DNA of 64,000 nt from Malacoraja senta (GCA_038087875.1 CM075988.1:11844001-11908000); one strand, 5' to 3'. Counted from the stretch's first letter, positions 11,755 to 24,855 are shown. The notes: generated from the letters alone by a model not told the origin. Numbers and translations: made by a program.

Positions 11755-11990
11755 AAGCATAGAAAAGTACAGGGTAGACCCAGGCCTTTTGGCCCACAAT
11801 GTCTCTGCCAAACATAAAGCCAAGGTCAACTAATGTCATCTGCCTGTACATAATCCAAATCCCTAATTCCCCGCATATCCATGTGCCTCTGTAAAAGCAT
11901 TTTAAATGCCACTGTTGTATCTGCCTCCACCACTGCCATTCCTGGCAGCATATCCCAGGCACCCACCTCTTTCTACGTGGGGAAACACAA
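11755..11990 (-). mobile_element. CR1 3' fragment
   Basis: caggccttttggcccaca tail motif, tgcctccaccac. Confidence 0.8.
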
Positions 11991-13760
11991 CTTCCTATTG
12001 GGTCTCCGGCATTGTTGAGAAAGATTCTGGCTAATAAAGTAACCTTGCCTCGCTGTGGATACAAGGAACTGCAGATGCTAGATTACAAATTTAAAAAGGC
12101 ACAAAGTGCTGGAGTAATTCAGCGAGCCAGGCAGCATCTCTCTACAGAATAGGGACGGTGATAGATTTCTCTCTTCCCCCTCCCCTTCCACCTGCATTCC
12201 TTCCTCTACCTTCACAATTCGCAAAATGATGATCAGTGCATTGTATGCATCTTTATGATTGGGTAAAAACACAAGAGATTGTGGCATCAGCAGATGCTTT
12301 TTGGACGTAATGATAATTCTGTCATTTTCCTGTAACTAGCTCCATGCTTCATTTGCTTAACTGTGCCCATAATGCCGAATCAGCATCTGTTTTTAAAATA
12401 AGTCAGGTTGATGTTTTAGACGTAAAATTCTAGGAACACTAACTTGTCCCCCCTTAATATTGTTTAGCTTAACCGTTATATATTTTTCATCCATTTTGTT
12501 ATTAATTCCAACATCTGTCATTTGTAGATTTAAAATTAAATTTGTTAATGTGCAAATGAACATCTTTTAAAATGAGAATTCATAGAATAGTTGAACAGTC
12601 AGCTAATGGGAATAGCTTCCATCTATTTATTTAATCTAATCCGAACCTTTTGCAGAATATCCAAGTTATGGTCCGATTGAAAAAGTGTTGAATGAATAAG
12701 CAACATGCAGGTGCATTTAATGCAAAACAAGCTCGGATTTCTCAGGCCAGTTCAGTTGTAGGCACCTTCAAAAACCATACAAAACACATCCTTGTGCCTT
12801 ATTACGGTAAATTCCAAACTCTGTTATTCCACGGATGTGTCAAAAATGTGTAGAAGAGTCAAGAACTAAGGTGTCTCTGCTTGAAAAAAGGCGGTCACCC
12901 AGTTAAGACCGAAATGAGATGAACAGTTTTCTCTCAAATTTTCCAGCAGGGCATGGAACACTCTTCCTCAGGAGGTGGTAGGGAAAAAAAATTGAGAGGC
13001 AGATAAGTTGTTGATCAGCAAAGAGGCCTAGGTGTGAATGTAGAGATGACCTTACAGGATGACAGACCAGAGTGTGTCTTGAATGTAATTAACTGTTGAA
13101 CTTCTAGATCGGAGAACGCAATGATTCACATCACATGCTCATTTCACATTGAAGTAGTTGAACCACTTTATTCTGAATTAGTGGTTACCAGTTTTGACTC
13201 CACAGCCAGAGTATGATTCCTTCAATATCTACAAAGAATGTTTGTATTTATTTTATATGTATTTAATGCAATGTGTGTAGTTTTTAAACAGAATTAAATA
13301 ATTAAAAATACAGAAATTAATAAGATATTTAAGCAAATATAATTGAAAACATTTTATTCCAATTAAGACATTTTAATCAAAATAAAATTAATAAACTGAA
13401 ATAGTGAGGTTGGGTAATGTATTAAAATATTAAGATAGATTTGAATACAAAATTAAAAATGTCTTCCTAAAATTGGTTAGAAACAGACCTGAAGTACTGT
13501 GTATAGATTTGGTCTACTGATCCTTGTCTTGAAAATAGTGCAGTTCTGCACTGTCTCAATTGGACTGAATATCCAATTGAGTAATCTAATTGAAAACTAC
13601 TTTAAGATTAAAACAAAACCAAGGACAGTATCTTCTGATCACTTATTTCTAATCAAATATCACGGAGCCACACAAGACAAATCCAATAATCTTTGTTAAA
13701 ATGTTTTGCAGTCAGGTGGGATTTGTCAAGGTTCTAAGCATTTCCCAGTCCTACCAAAGA

Positions 13761-13854
13761 CTGAAGAAGGGTCTCGACCCGAAATATCACCTATTCCTTT
13801 TCTTCAGAGATGTTGTCTGACCCGCTGAGTTACTCCAGCTTTTTGTGTCTATCC
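13761..13854 (+). mobile_element. Penelope-tail monomer starting at the CTGAAGA core
   Basis: ctgaagaagggtctcgacccgaaa; flanking direct repeat accaaagac. Confidence 0.85.
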
Positions 13855-14261
13855 ACCAAAGACAACCTTTGTCTTGTCCATGTTTTAATTAAGGATTTTA
13901 ACAAATTCTTTCATGGTTAAGCCCCCAGATTTGCTTTCATTTCTCATAAAATGGCATGCTGCTAATGCTTAGATAGTTCTGTTGCTTGCATCTAATTTAA
14001 TCTAACAATCAATGGTGCAAAATGCCAATCTCCCAAAAACATTCCAAGAGAAACTACATATTGAATGAGAAATATTCACAATCAATGCATGTATAGGTCA
14101 ATGATGAAAGAACAAATGTGGTGGTCAGCGAAAAGTAGAAGACTAAAGACTAAAAGCAGGAAGTGCTATTAGCAAATTGGCCGAGGTATAGATAGAGCGA
14201 GAGAGTATTTTGGAATTTCATTTACATTTTCTATGAAAGAATGTTACAGGGCACATTTTGC

Positions 14262-14490
14262 ACTTTGTGGAATTCCCTGCCACAGAAGGCAGTGGAGGCC
14301 AAGTCACTGGATGAATTTAAGAGAGAGTTAGATAGAACTCTAGGGGCTAGTGGAATCAAGAGACATGAGGAGAAGGCAGGCACGGGTTATTGATTGGGGA
14401 CGATCAGCCACGATCACAATGAATGGCGGTGCTGGCTCGAAGGGTCGAATGGCCTCCTGCACCTATTTTCTATGTTTCTATGTTTCTATT
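14262..14490 (+). mobile_element. Young CR1 3' end
   Basis: tgtggaattccctgccacagaagg ... (TTCTATGT) tail. Confidence 0.9.
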
Positions 14491-14964
14491 ATGTGCTAAA
14501 CATGCTGCCCCCAGAGAAAACATCATATCCTTCAGTCCTCTTGAGAAAGTCATGGGAGATCAGTTTGTGGAAATGAGAAGTGGAGTGTAAGTGCCATGCT
14601 GTCCTTTGGCAAACGAGGTTTCACATTAAAAAAGACTGATGAGGGTGTAATCCTAAAATTCTGCCCTTGCAAGAGTTAAAGGAATATTGACATGGTCTGA
14701 ACTTAGACATTCCAAACAAAATCCTAAAATGGACATTTCACAACAACCGGCTCTTGAGCTTGGCAAAACCCTTCATCCAGGGAAAGCAAAATAAACAAGT
14801 CAGTTGAAAAGTGTCAGAACTCGAAGGCCAGCATAATTGAAAGTTTGTTGCCAGCAGTGATCATCCTATTTGAAAAGAAATTTAAAGGTAGGTATCAGAA
14901 AACCAGTGTTGATTTTAAAGTCAGAATCAACATGTACAATTTACCACTTTTTTCCGCTAAATTA

Positions 14965-15255
14965 ACACATTTCACTGCTGTGACCACCATTCTCTGCAAA
15001 TTCAGGTGGTCAGTTGCAATACCAGGCTGAGTTGCAGTCCATCAGAATAATTTATGTCGTGCACCTGTAGAAGTTCGGGAAAATCCTTTTGGACATGACA
15101 AATCATCTTGGATGCCGAAGAGAGTAAATATCCTCATGCACTTCCTTGATCACTGAGTCCACGTGAAGGGACCAAATTAAGTTGCTGGTGATATAGATAA
15201 CGAGAAACTTGAAGCTGTCGACCTTCTCTACAACAGCTCTATGGATGAAGACAGA
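14965..15255 (-). mobile_element. Degenerate Rex1/Babar-type LINE RT C-terminal fragment
   Basis: Minus-strand manual translation VEKVDSFKFLVIYITSNLIWSLHVDSVIKE...NFYRCT...AWYCN with stops. Confidence 0.75.
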
Positions 15256-15645
15256 ATTGTATCACTTCCTTACGTCAACAAAAAAACTGATGTTAAGGGT
15301 TAGATTGTTGCTCTGACATCACAACACAGGGTTCCCAATCCTGTTGTTGGTCCAAAAGACAACAGTGGTATCATGGGCAAACGTAAACATCGAGTCTGCG
15401 CTGTACTTCGCCCCACAGTCAAGGGTTGGAGATGACCCATGTTTGAGTGAAATAAAGAACATAATGGTCCTTGCTCTAAGCTCTTCAAATTTTGTCTGGA
15501 GTTATTTGATTCTTGATCAGAAGAATGCTGGAGAGATGGGGTGTCCAAAATCCCATTGTTTCAGCCACAACTGTCCCCACCCTCCCATGGTTTGTCAGTT
15601 TGCGCTCAAAGTTTTGCCAGTAGTTTAGTTTTCTTTCATTGAGAA

Positions 15646-15911
15646 TTACCGAATCCGCGCCGACCAGCAATCCACGCAATTAGCACTATCCTACACACAC
15701 TAGGGACATCTAACAATTTTACCTAGCCAATTAGCCTACAAACCTGTATGTCTTTGGAGTGTGGGAGGAAACCAGAGCTCCCAGAGAAAACCCACACAGT
15801 TCATATGGAGAACATATAAAACTCCTCACAGATAGCACCCGTAGTCAGGATCAAACCTGGGTCTCTGATGCTATGAGGCAGCAACTCTATCGCTGTGCCA
15901 CTGAGCCGCCC
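15646..15911 (-). mobile_element. HE1/V-SINE-like SINE
   Basis: Reverse complement of the SINE consensus seen elsewhere in the window. Confidence 0.85.
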
Positions 15912-16429
15912 TATAGCATCAGGTTTACTAAGGATCAGTGGTTCTGTGATTTCCTTAAAATTGTAATGGTTAACAGAAGATTTTCAGTGCTTGAAGAGAT
16001 AGATAACAAGGAGAATTGTTTGAAGGGTATTTTAAAGGACGCTTCACATAAAAAGACGCCATTCTTCAGCGCCACCTTGATAATTTCACTGTATTTTGAC
16101 AAATGAGGGAGACATTCCATGCAAAGTTACTAATATTTTGGTTGGCAGAAGGCTATGCAGTCAATGTCATATTGCAAATGCCTTTAACTAATCTAGATTT
16201 TGACACGACCATTATGGTTCCTGGGAAGAAAGCCAACTATGGAAAATTCTTCTGCAGTATATATTTTAGTGTGCTAAATTACTTTTTATCGCAGGAAAAT
16301 GCATGAAGAAATCACACAGGTTTTGACAAGAATTAAACACCTGCCAGGGAAGATTGAGACATTTGTGATGACTGGCATCGAATAAACATGTGTTGCCACA
16401 AAAAAGAGAACTTGCGGCATTGTGGTGAT

Positions 16430-16735
16430 TTCGATAGTCATACAACTTGGAAACAGGCCATTCGGCACAACTTGCCCATATTGACCAAGATGCCTGATCT
16501 TGTCCCACCTCCAGTAATTGCATTTGGCCCACATCCCTCCAAACCTTTCCTGTCCATGTACCTGTCCAAATGTATTTTAAATGTTATATTACCTGCCTGC
16601 ACTACCTCCTCTGACCGCTCATTCCAGATACTCCCACGATTGCCACTCAGTTCCTCTTAAAATGTTCCCCTCTCACCTTGAATTTATTTCCCCTGTTTCT
16701 TGATTCCCATACTTTGGGTAAAGGTCTCTGTGCCA
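16430..16735 (-). mobile_element. CR1 3' fragment
   Basis: gaaacaggccattcggcac tail, cccctctcacctt. Confidence 0.85.
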
Positions 16736-18199
16736 TCTAACCAAATGTAACACCCTGAACCAAAAATAATACCAAAGGTAATGTAGCTGCTGGAAATATC
16801 AAATTAAATCAGAAAATCTTAAATACTCAGCTGTACTGGTATCGAGAATTCATGTTTCAACTCTGACCTGAAATGTTAATTTTGTTTCTCTTTTTATACT
16901 TGCTGCCAGACCTCCTGATTTTCTATTCTTATATTTTAAAGTTGTTATATGGCTGCACATTACGAAAATGGTTCAGAGGATGAATGATTTCAACCATAAG
17001 ATGCTTGGGATTCTTCCCCTTGAGGCAAAGGAAGAGGAAGTTCGTACAAGATAGATGGAAGGTAGCTGTTCCCATTGACAGGTAGTCAAAGGTGAAGTGA
17101 GGTGAGGGGGCCACAGATTAAAATTTGGGATTTAAAAAAAAACAAGATTAATTTGAGGAATAAGTTTGCTCAAGAGATTGTCATGTTACTTAATGCCTGG
17201 AGATGTGATGAATACACAATCAATCAATACTTTCACATGGTAGTTGTTTGGGCATTTGAGAGATCTTGGGGAATTGGACTGACGTGATTGATCCACCAGA
17301 TGATGGTATGAATGCAAAGGCCATCTCCTGCACCATGGCAATTCTATGATTCCATGATAAAATCAAATATTCTCTTTAATTGAAAATAGAAAATTATTTT
17401 GCTGGTATGCATCAAAATATTGCATGAAATGTCTGCATTGATTACAAATTCTTCTACCACTAATATTATTGCAAAAGAAGTACATTGAATTTCTGGTACA
17501 TTTGCTAGAGTAATGTCATTGAAGCTATGTATTGGGTCTACGTTCACTGAAAGTCAAAATGTAATCAAATTTGTTCCCTCATTTCAGCAATGTTTCTTCA
17601 TGTCTTTAAGATTCTATCTTGTTGTCGGCAAGGTCGAAAGCCACGGCTATTATTCTGGGTATATTGGGGAAACATGTCAGTGTTCTTCTGAAAACTCTGT
17701 TGTTAATAATACAATAATTCTTGCCAGATTTCTCCATTGGAACATTTATGCACTGTCACATTCATGTCAGCTTGGATGGAAAAGACAGGGTGGCATTTTA
17801 CTGATGGAAGCTTTTGTAATTTATCTACTCAAGACATGAACTAAAGCAAACAACTTCCTGATGCCAGAATGTAGTTGCTCAAAGTTTTGAGCCATCATTT
17901 TCAATAGTGTTGCTGCATCTGACATGTGGCATGTCTCACCACATCCTCCTTCATCCTCTTGATGATCATTCCCTGTTTCCTCAACGATTTAAGTGTGGTC
18001 CTCTGCTATCAGTTGTGCTGCTGCAAGTAAGAATTTCATTGTTCTATCTGGGACATATGACAATGAACCACTCTTGACTCTGGTCTTCTTCTACCCAGGC
18101 TCCTAATAAGGTAATGAACTGTATATCTGAAAGGTTTCCACCCTAGCATTCGCTTCAGTCAGTATTGGGCAAGACTGTTAATGTATCACATCCACTTAT

Positions 18200-18900
18200 T
18201 TTAGGATCATAGGGTGCAAGCTGTTCAGGCCTGGAGACCAATCAGCCCTAAATCCCACAAGTTTGCCTGATGCTAATTCTCATGTGATATGATAGTATTT
18301 AACCCACCCAGCACCCTTCAGTATTAGGGATGTTTGTCATATCTTCTACCATAAAAAAAAAAGATTCAAGATATCTGTTTAACTTTTCAGTCGTTAATCA
18401 CACCACTATTTCCCCAAAATTATATTCCTGGGAGCTATTGTTTGCTTGGATATTTCTCATTTTAAATACTTAAAGGAACTCTAATTGTCTGTTTAAATTG
18501 CTAGCTCGATCATTCTCATAGTTTATTCACTCTCTTTATTATGTTTTGTCCTCTTTTGCTAGATTCTGAACTTATCCCAGTCTTTGAGTCTTCTGCCAAC
18601 TTTTAGTCTAATTTCCCTCTTCCAACTCACTCGGATATTTCCTCGCTACTGGAAACATTTCTACTAAACATTGTAAAGTACCTCTTAATGATGCACCATT
18701 GCTTGTCTTTCCTGCTAGTCTTTCAGACCAGTCCACTTTAGTCAACTCTATCCTCATCGATCCTCATCTCTTAGCAATTCAATTTGTTGAACATTTGTAC
18801 TCTTGATTTGAGGATTTTAAAAAAATGTTGTTTTCCCCTCTCAAAAAATACAAAATGTTATCATACTATGATTACTGCTTCCAAGGAGATCTTTCATATA
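18200..18900 (-). mobile_element. Very old CR1-like ORF2 internal relic
   Basis: Patchy motifs (tcaggcctggaga, gtcatatcttctacc, tccactttagtcaactct). Confidence 0.4.
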
Positions 18901-19392
18901 TATATATTGAACCTGTTTGTCTAACCATTACCAAATCCATTGTAGCATATTTCTTGCAACTTGTCTTAATATTGGAATAAATATCAGTTTGATTTGTAAA
19001 AGAAAGTGCCTGCTTTTGTACAGAGCAATCTTCCTACAGTCTTTTCACGAGGCTCTTCGTAAAATTTGTAGGTTGTTCATTTTACCACGACATCTTGTTA
19101 ATTTAGCAACACGTGACATGACCTTTCCCTAACATCATGCAAGTTAGAATTTCATATGCACCATTACAAATCTCCAGTATGGTATTTATTCAAGGCGTAA
19201 TGCGGATTGCTTTATAATTGACTGAGCACAACATAAGGCAATAATTTGTGTAACTCCATAATGTGTAATGTTTGATAGTAAAAATGCAATCATGTTTTGT
19301 TTTAAACGTGTAGTGAGATAGTAAATGGTATTAAAGCTGCATTATGGACTAAATCATTGTGGCAGTTCAAAAACATAGGGCAGGGAACATAA

Positions 19393-20057
19393 AAGGCCTG
19401 TCTCACGAGTCTGGGGTCATTGGCGGTGAAACAGGAAGAATCTACCACTCCTGGGCCGCCATAGACCGCGCACTTGGTCAAACGCACAATTCCGGGGCCG
19501 TGCGGCGTTGTTCCCAACACTGCATGGTGCTAAAATAAAACCAACACTGTTCAAAAATATGTCCCTACCGCACAGCCTCCGCCAGTGAGGCACGAGTGCG
19601 GCACGGCCACCATCACAGCCGCCGCCAGTGCGGCTCAAGCGCCGTGCGTCGAACTTGCACCGCCACAGCCTCCGCCAGTGAGGCACGTGTGCGGCACGGC
19701 CGCCGCCACAGCCACCGCTACAGCGCCGCGATCAGCACAGCCGCCGCCACAGCCGCTGCTAGTGAGTCACGTGTGCGGCACGGCCACCGCCACAGCCACC
19801 GCTACAGCGCCGCGATCAGGACGGCCGCCGCCACAGCCCCGCAGATCCAAAATGACGTCATCGCAGTCGGCCCGCCCTTTTTTTAACTTACCGCAAGCTC
19901 GTGGGACCAGCCGTATTTAAATCACTCGGCCCCCGCGCAGCATCCGTGCGGCGCTCCCGCGGCATAGGCTCGGCGCTCTCGCCGTTGCCGTGCGGTCCCC
20001 TCTACAGACGAAGCCGCGCTTCACCGCCGATGACTGCAACACCGTGAGACAGAGCCT
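19393..20057. mobile_element. Non-autonomous PIF/Harbinger-like DNA transposon (MITE), CpG-rich with internal tandem repeats
   Basis: Imperfect TIRs aaggcctgtctcacg...gtcattggcggtgaa / ttcaccgccgatgac...cgtgagacagagcct; TAA on both flanks (19390-19392, 20058-20060). Confidence 0.8.
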
Positions 20058-20309
20058 TAACTATCACCTGTTCCAAATAATGTACACAGTGTTTTGGGGC
20101 ACCATCATGGGCAAAGTCATTTATGCCAGTGTAAGTATCCAAGACATTCAAATCACCCTAGTTTTCTCTTTTGTGTAATTATGTAGTTTCACAAAGAATA
20201 AAGAATATTTTTTATTGCTGACAAATGGAAATCCATTGGTGCAATTTCATAATGACATTGAAAAGTGTGACTGGGGATAATAAAAAAACAAATGGACTAG
20301 TCAGGTTTA

Positions 20310-20710
20310 TTTTAGAGGGCATTAGCTACAAGGAGAAGTTGGACTGACTTGAATTGTTTTCTCTGGCACGCCGGAGGGTGAGGGAGATGGTTGAACTATA
20401 TAAATTATGATGCATAGTTAGGGTACACTCTTTTTCCCAGAGTGGAAATGTCATGGGCGAGAGGGGCAAAGTTTAAAAGAGATTTGCAGGTTAAGACTTT
20501 TACTCATACAGCAGAGGGTGCCTGGAGCGTGCTGTCAGGATGGAGGTGGAGGCAGATATAATAGTGATGTTTGAGGCACATGGCGATGCAGGGAATGGAG
20601 GGATATGGATCATGTGCCGGCAAATGCGATTAGTTTATCTTGGCATCATGTTTTCTGCACAGACGTTGTAGGCTAAAGGGCATGTTCCTGAACTGTACTT
20701 TTCTATATTA
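20310..20710 (+). mobile_element. CR1 3' fragment
   Basis: gagggcattagctacaaggaga ... ggctaaagggcatgttcc. Confidence 0.85.
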
Positions 20711-21477
20711 CATGCTATTCATACCATGACGACGCTGTTAAAATTACCAACAGTGCAAGTCTGATATTTCCAGTAAACCTTTACACTTGATTATTTTTAT
20801 CTCCAAATTACTGGCAGTATTTTTTTATTTAGAATCTGTGTGTAATGGTGTTTTTAGCTTGTGCTGGATACAAAATGGGAAATATGTAGTGATGGCATTT
20901 CTTCTGGTGTCACTGGTAAGTACAGGAATGATTGCTGTCTAGTCACATTAAACTACTTGCATTAGAATTAATGGATAAACAATTACGAGTTGTAAACATG
21001 CCTGCCAGTCACACAAATTGGGAGGCAATTAGGTTCTGAACCTTATCTACATGCATAGCAACCATATCCCTGGGGGGACCATGGCTAATATCATTTGTGA
21101 CATTCTGTAACATTTTGCCAGCAGGTTTCAAAAGCTGTTCCATTACATTTTTCTGTAAATGGCTCTGCGACCCCTTGAGTCTTGTGCGCCCCAAATTCTT
21201 GAGCTCAACCAACTTGCTTTCAAAAATATTACAAATGCTGGAAAAGCCACATAACGTTGGGCCGATGTTTCCTTCTGCACCTGGCTGCAGAATGTTGCAA
21301 ATGTGCAGCAATTGGGATTAATCATCTCAATACCATCAGGTGAATTTCAATCAGCAACAGTTAGGAAAGTGCAGCTGAGGCATTTAGAGTAAAAAATGGT
21401 TTTGTATGTCACATGGAATCATCCTGACAGATGGTCAAACAGTGAGTAAATTCTGCCAAGATAATAGGACAGTGATA

Positions 21478-22038
21478 GGAATAGGTATACTTTATTGTCA
21501 CATGTGACTAAGCACACTGAGATTCTTTGCTTGCATACACAATGTATACAAATAGCAGCCACCTATGGCACTGACAAAGTTACAAAGCACGGCGGCTCCC
21601 CCTTTTGTCCCCCTCCCTCCCACCACAGCAGTTCCCCCACACCGGGTCCCCATTGTCCATTGTCCCCCCCCCATTGTCCATTGTTCTTCCCCTCACGGCG
21701 GTCCCCCCACGCTGCGTCCTCCATTGTTCTTCCCCGTCCCCCTCACTGTGGTTCTCCACGCTCTCATCGACCGCGGGTCCCATCGTCGCGAGTCTTCACC
21801 GCGGAGGCCTCACCCCTGCCGACGCCTCACTTCACGCCTCCGTGGAGCCGATCTGGGCTCCAGCCGTGGGCTCTGTTGCCCACTTCGCCCCACCCAGGCT
21901 TTTACCCATGAGGCCCCGACCCGGGCTTCTGCGCGGCGATCCGGGAGGCATCGACACCGTGGCACCTCGTTAAAGGCCTCCCGCTGCGTTCCCTGTCCAC
22001 AGCCGCGGCCCGTCAGGAAGCCTTCTGGCCACGCGATG
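21478..22038 (-). mobile_element. CpG-rich non-autonomous retroposon with Rex1-like 3' tail
   Basis: Sharp GC island; minus-strand end aaagaatctcagtgtg...catgtgacaataaagtatacctattcc. Confidence 0.55.
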
Positions 22039-22204
22039 ATGATTTGCTTCAGCTTCTTCCTCTCTGATATATCACCAGATTTTGAAACAATTTATCTTGC
22101 TGCAGTCCTTGTACTTTTTTTTAAACAATTTCTATTTAACTAAAACACTATAACTCTTTATTTTTTTTTGAAATAATTTAATTATACCCAACTCAATATT
22201 TGGT

Positions 22205-22332
22205 ACTCTGGTATTTTTCTCTTTGTACTTGTGCATGGCTTAATTGTATGATTTGATTTGATTGAATGACATAGAAACAGCCTTTCACTGTACCTGTGAC
22301 AATAATAAACGATAGAATACAATACAATACAA
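22205..22332 (+). mobile_element. Rex1-like 3' tail with (ATACA)n end
   Basis: tttcactgtacctgtgacaataataaa...atacaatacaataca. Confidence 0.55.
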
Positions 22333-22381
22333 GATTGCCAGACTACATGGAAAGATGAGTTGGAGACCAATGAGTTGGAGA

Positions 22382-23839
22382 CCTGAGGATTGGAGGGTAG
22401 CAAACGTAACCCCACTTTTTAAGAAGGGAGGGAGAGAGAAAACGGGGAATTACAGACCAGTTAGTCTAACATCGGTAGTGGGGAAACTGCTAGAGTCAGT
22501 AAGATGGGATAGCAGCACATTTGGAAAGTGGTGAAATCATTGGACAAAGTCAGCATGGATTTACGAAGGTAAATCATGTCTGACGAATCTTATAGAATTT
22601 TTCGAGGATGTAACTAGTAGAGTGGATAGGGGAGAACCAGTTGTATCTGGATTTTCAGAAGGCTTTCGACAAGGTCCCACATAAGAGATTAGTATACAAA
22701 CTTAAAGCACACGGTATTGGGGGTTCAGTATTGATGTGGATAGAGAACTGGCTGGCAGACAGGACGCAAAGAGTAGGAGTAAACGGGTCCCTTTCACAAT
22801 GGCAGGCAGTGACTAGTGGGGTACCGCAAGGCTCGGTGCTGGGACCCCAGCTATTTACAATTTATATTAATGACCTGGATGAGGGAATTGAAGGCAACAT
22901 CTCCAAGTTTGCGGATGACACTAAGCTGGGGGGCAGTGTTAGCTGTGAGGAGGATGCTAGGAGACTGCAAGGTGACTTGGATAGGCTGGGTGAGTGGGCA
23001 AATGTTTGGCAGATGCAGTATAATGTGGATAAATGTGAGGTTATCGACTTTGGTGGCGAAAACAGGAAAGCAGACTATTATCTAAATGGTGGCCGATTAG
23101 GAAAAGGGGAGATGCAGCGAGACCTGGGTGTCATGGTACGCCAGTCATTGAAAGTAGGCATGCAGGTGCAGCAGGCAGTGAAGAAAGCGAATGGTATGTT
23201 AGCTTTCATAGCAAAAGGATTTGAGTATAGGAGCAGGGAGGTTCTACTGCAGTTGTACAGGGTCTTGGTGAGACCACACCTGGAGTATTGCGTACAGTTT
23301 TGGTCTCCAAATCTGAGGAAGGACATTATTGCCATAGAGGGAGTGCAGAGAAGGTTCACCAGACTGATTCCTGGGATGTCAGGACTTTCATATGAAGAAA
23401 GATTGGATAGACTCGGCTTATACTCGCTAGAATTTAGGAGATTGAGAGGGGATCTTATAGAAACTTACAAAATTCTTATGGGGTTGGACAGGCTAGATGC
23501 AGGAAGATTGTTCCCGATGTTGGGGAAGTCCAGGACAAGGGGTCACAGTTTAAGGATCAGGGGGAAATCCTTTAAGACCGAGATGAGAAAAACATTTTTC
23601 ACACAGAGAGTGGTGATTCTCTGGAACTCTCTGCCACAGAGGGTAGTTGAGGCCAGTTCATTGCCTATATTTAAGAGGGAGTTAGATGTGGCCCTTGTGG
23701 CTAAAGGGATCAGGGGGTATGGAGAGAAGGCAGGTACGGGATACTGAGTTGGATGATCAGCCATGATCATATTGAATGGCGGTGCAGGCTCGAAGGTCCG
23801 AATGGCCTACTCCTGCACCTATTTTCTATGTTTCTATGT
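22382..23839 (+). mobile_element. Young 5'-truncated CR1 LINE (HER1-like)
   Basis: Starts in ORF2 at PEDWRVANVTPLFKKG...GNYRPVSLTS, runs through RT to 3' UTR hairpin and (TTCTATGT) tail. Confidence 0.95.
22641..23747 (+). pseudogene. CR1 ORF2 reverse transcriptase, C-terminal 368 aa open but N-terminally truncated and frameshifted
   Basis: YLDFQKAFDKVPH, GVPQGSVLGP, FADD, RDLGV, RPHLEYC motifs; indels at ~22500-22640; no endonuclease domain. Confidence 0.95.
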
Positions 23840-24212
23840 ATTTGGAAACCAGAACAGTAGAGTACTGATTTTTTTCTGCAAACTTGTGCGTTTATTCTTT
23901 AGCACCATAATCAGAACCCAGCTTCACCCTGGAATGAAGATAAGCAACACTCCCTGGGAACATCCACCTACGGTTTGGAATTACATGGGAAGGCAGTGTT
24001 AACTCTAGTGCGGTGTTACATCTGCTTTGCAAGATGTTTCATAATCTCACCTCATCTCCAAAAGACGAATAGAATCGGGAAATTAACCCCTCCAATTTTG
24101 CTAATTGTTTCCATTTATTGATGATGGAGTGGGAGATCATGTCTCTGGCAACTAGCACACCATTCACTGCCTGGCAGCATCTTTCACTTTCAACCACTGG
24201 CAGCCTAGATAA

Positions 24213-24431
24213 TGTGAAAGGAGGGTCTCGACCCAAAATATTGCCTATTCCTTTTCTCCACAGATGCTGTCCGAACCGCTGAGTTACTCCAGCTTTTTGC
24301 GTCTATCTTTGGAGGAGATGCTGGTTTACACCGAAGCTGGACACAAAATGCTGGCGTGACTCAGCGGGTCGGGTAGCATCTCTGGAGAAAAAGAATAGGT
24401 GATGTTTTGGGCCGAGACCTTCATCAGACTG
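24213..24431. mobile_element. Tail-to-tail pair of Penelope-tail units
   Basis: + unit 24213-24310 followed by - unit 24316-24431. Confidence 0.8.
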
Positions 24432-24855
24432 AATGAGTCTGTATTTCCACTGTATCTCTAAAACTAAAACTAAAAAAAGTGACATGGGAGTGGCAGCCCT
24501 TGTTGCAAAGGCAGCATTCAATTGACTGTGATATCAAGGAGTCCTAAAGCCAGTTTCAGAGTTCTGATGTCTTCAAACTCAAACGTTAACTTTCTGTTTC
24601 TCCAGATTGCAGCCTGATCTGCTGCTTCTAGCATTTTCTTTTTTTGTAACTTCATATTTCCAGTATCTGCGTTTTGTTTTTTTTCATAGTTAGTTACACG
24701 AATAAATTGGAAGTGATGAATATCATTTAATTGTTAAACCAAAACCCAAGTTAAACTGTGGAACACGTTATTTAGTTAATTCCCAAAACAAATTGCAACT
24801 GCCAGAACAAAATAAAGTTCAGTGTAGACAGAAGGAACTGCAGATGATGGAATCT

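Noticed and set aside
19417..19920. Ala/Pro/Arg-rich ORFs
   Set aside because: Stop-poor GC-rich tandem repeats inside a TIR element; no transposase motifs.
21495..22143. 138-192 aa Pro/Arg-rich ORFs
   Set aside because: Open in all three frames because of GC skew in a non-coding repeat.
22641..23747. 368-aa reverse transcriptase ORF as a functional, domesticated or retron-like gene
   Set aside because: Ordinary CR1 ORF2 3' part: no ATG start, upstream indels, no endonuclease, followed by the standard CR1 3' UTR and tail.
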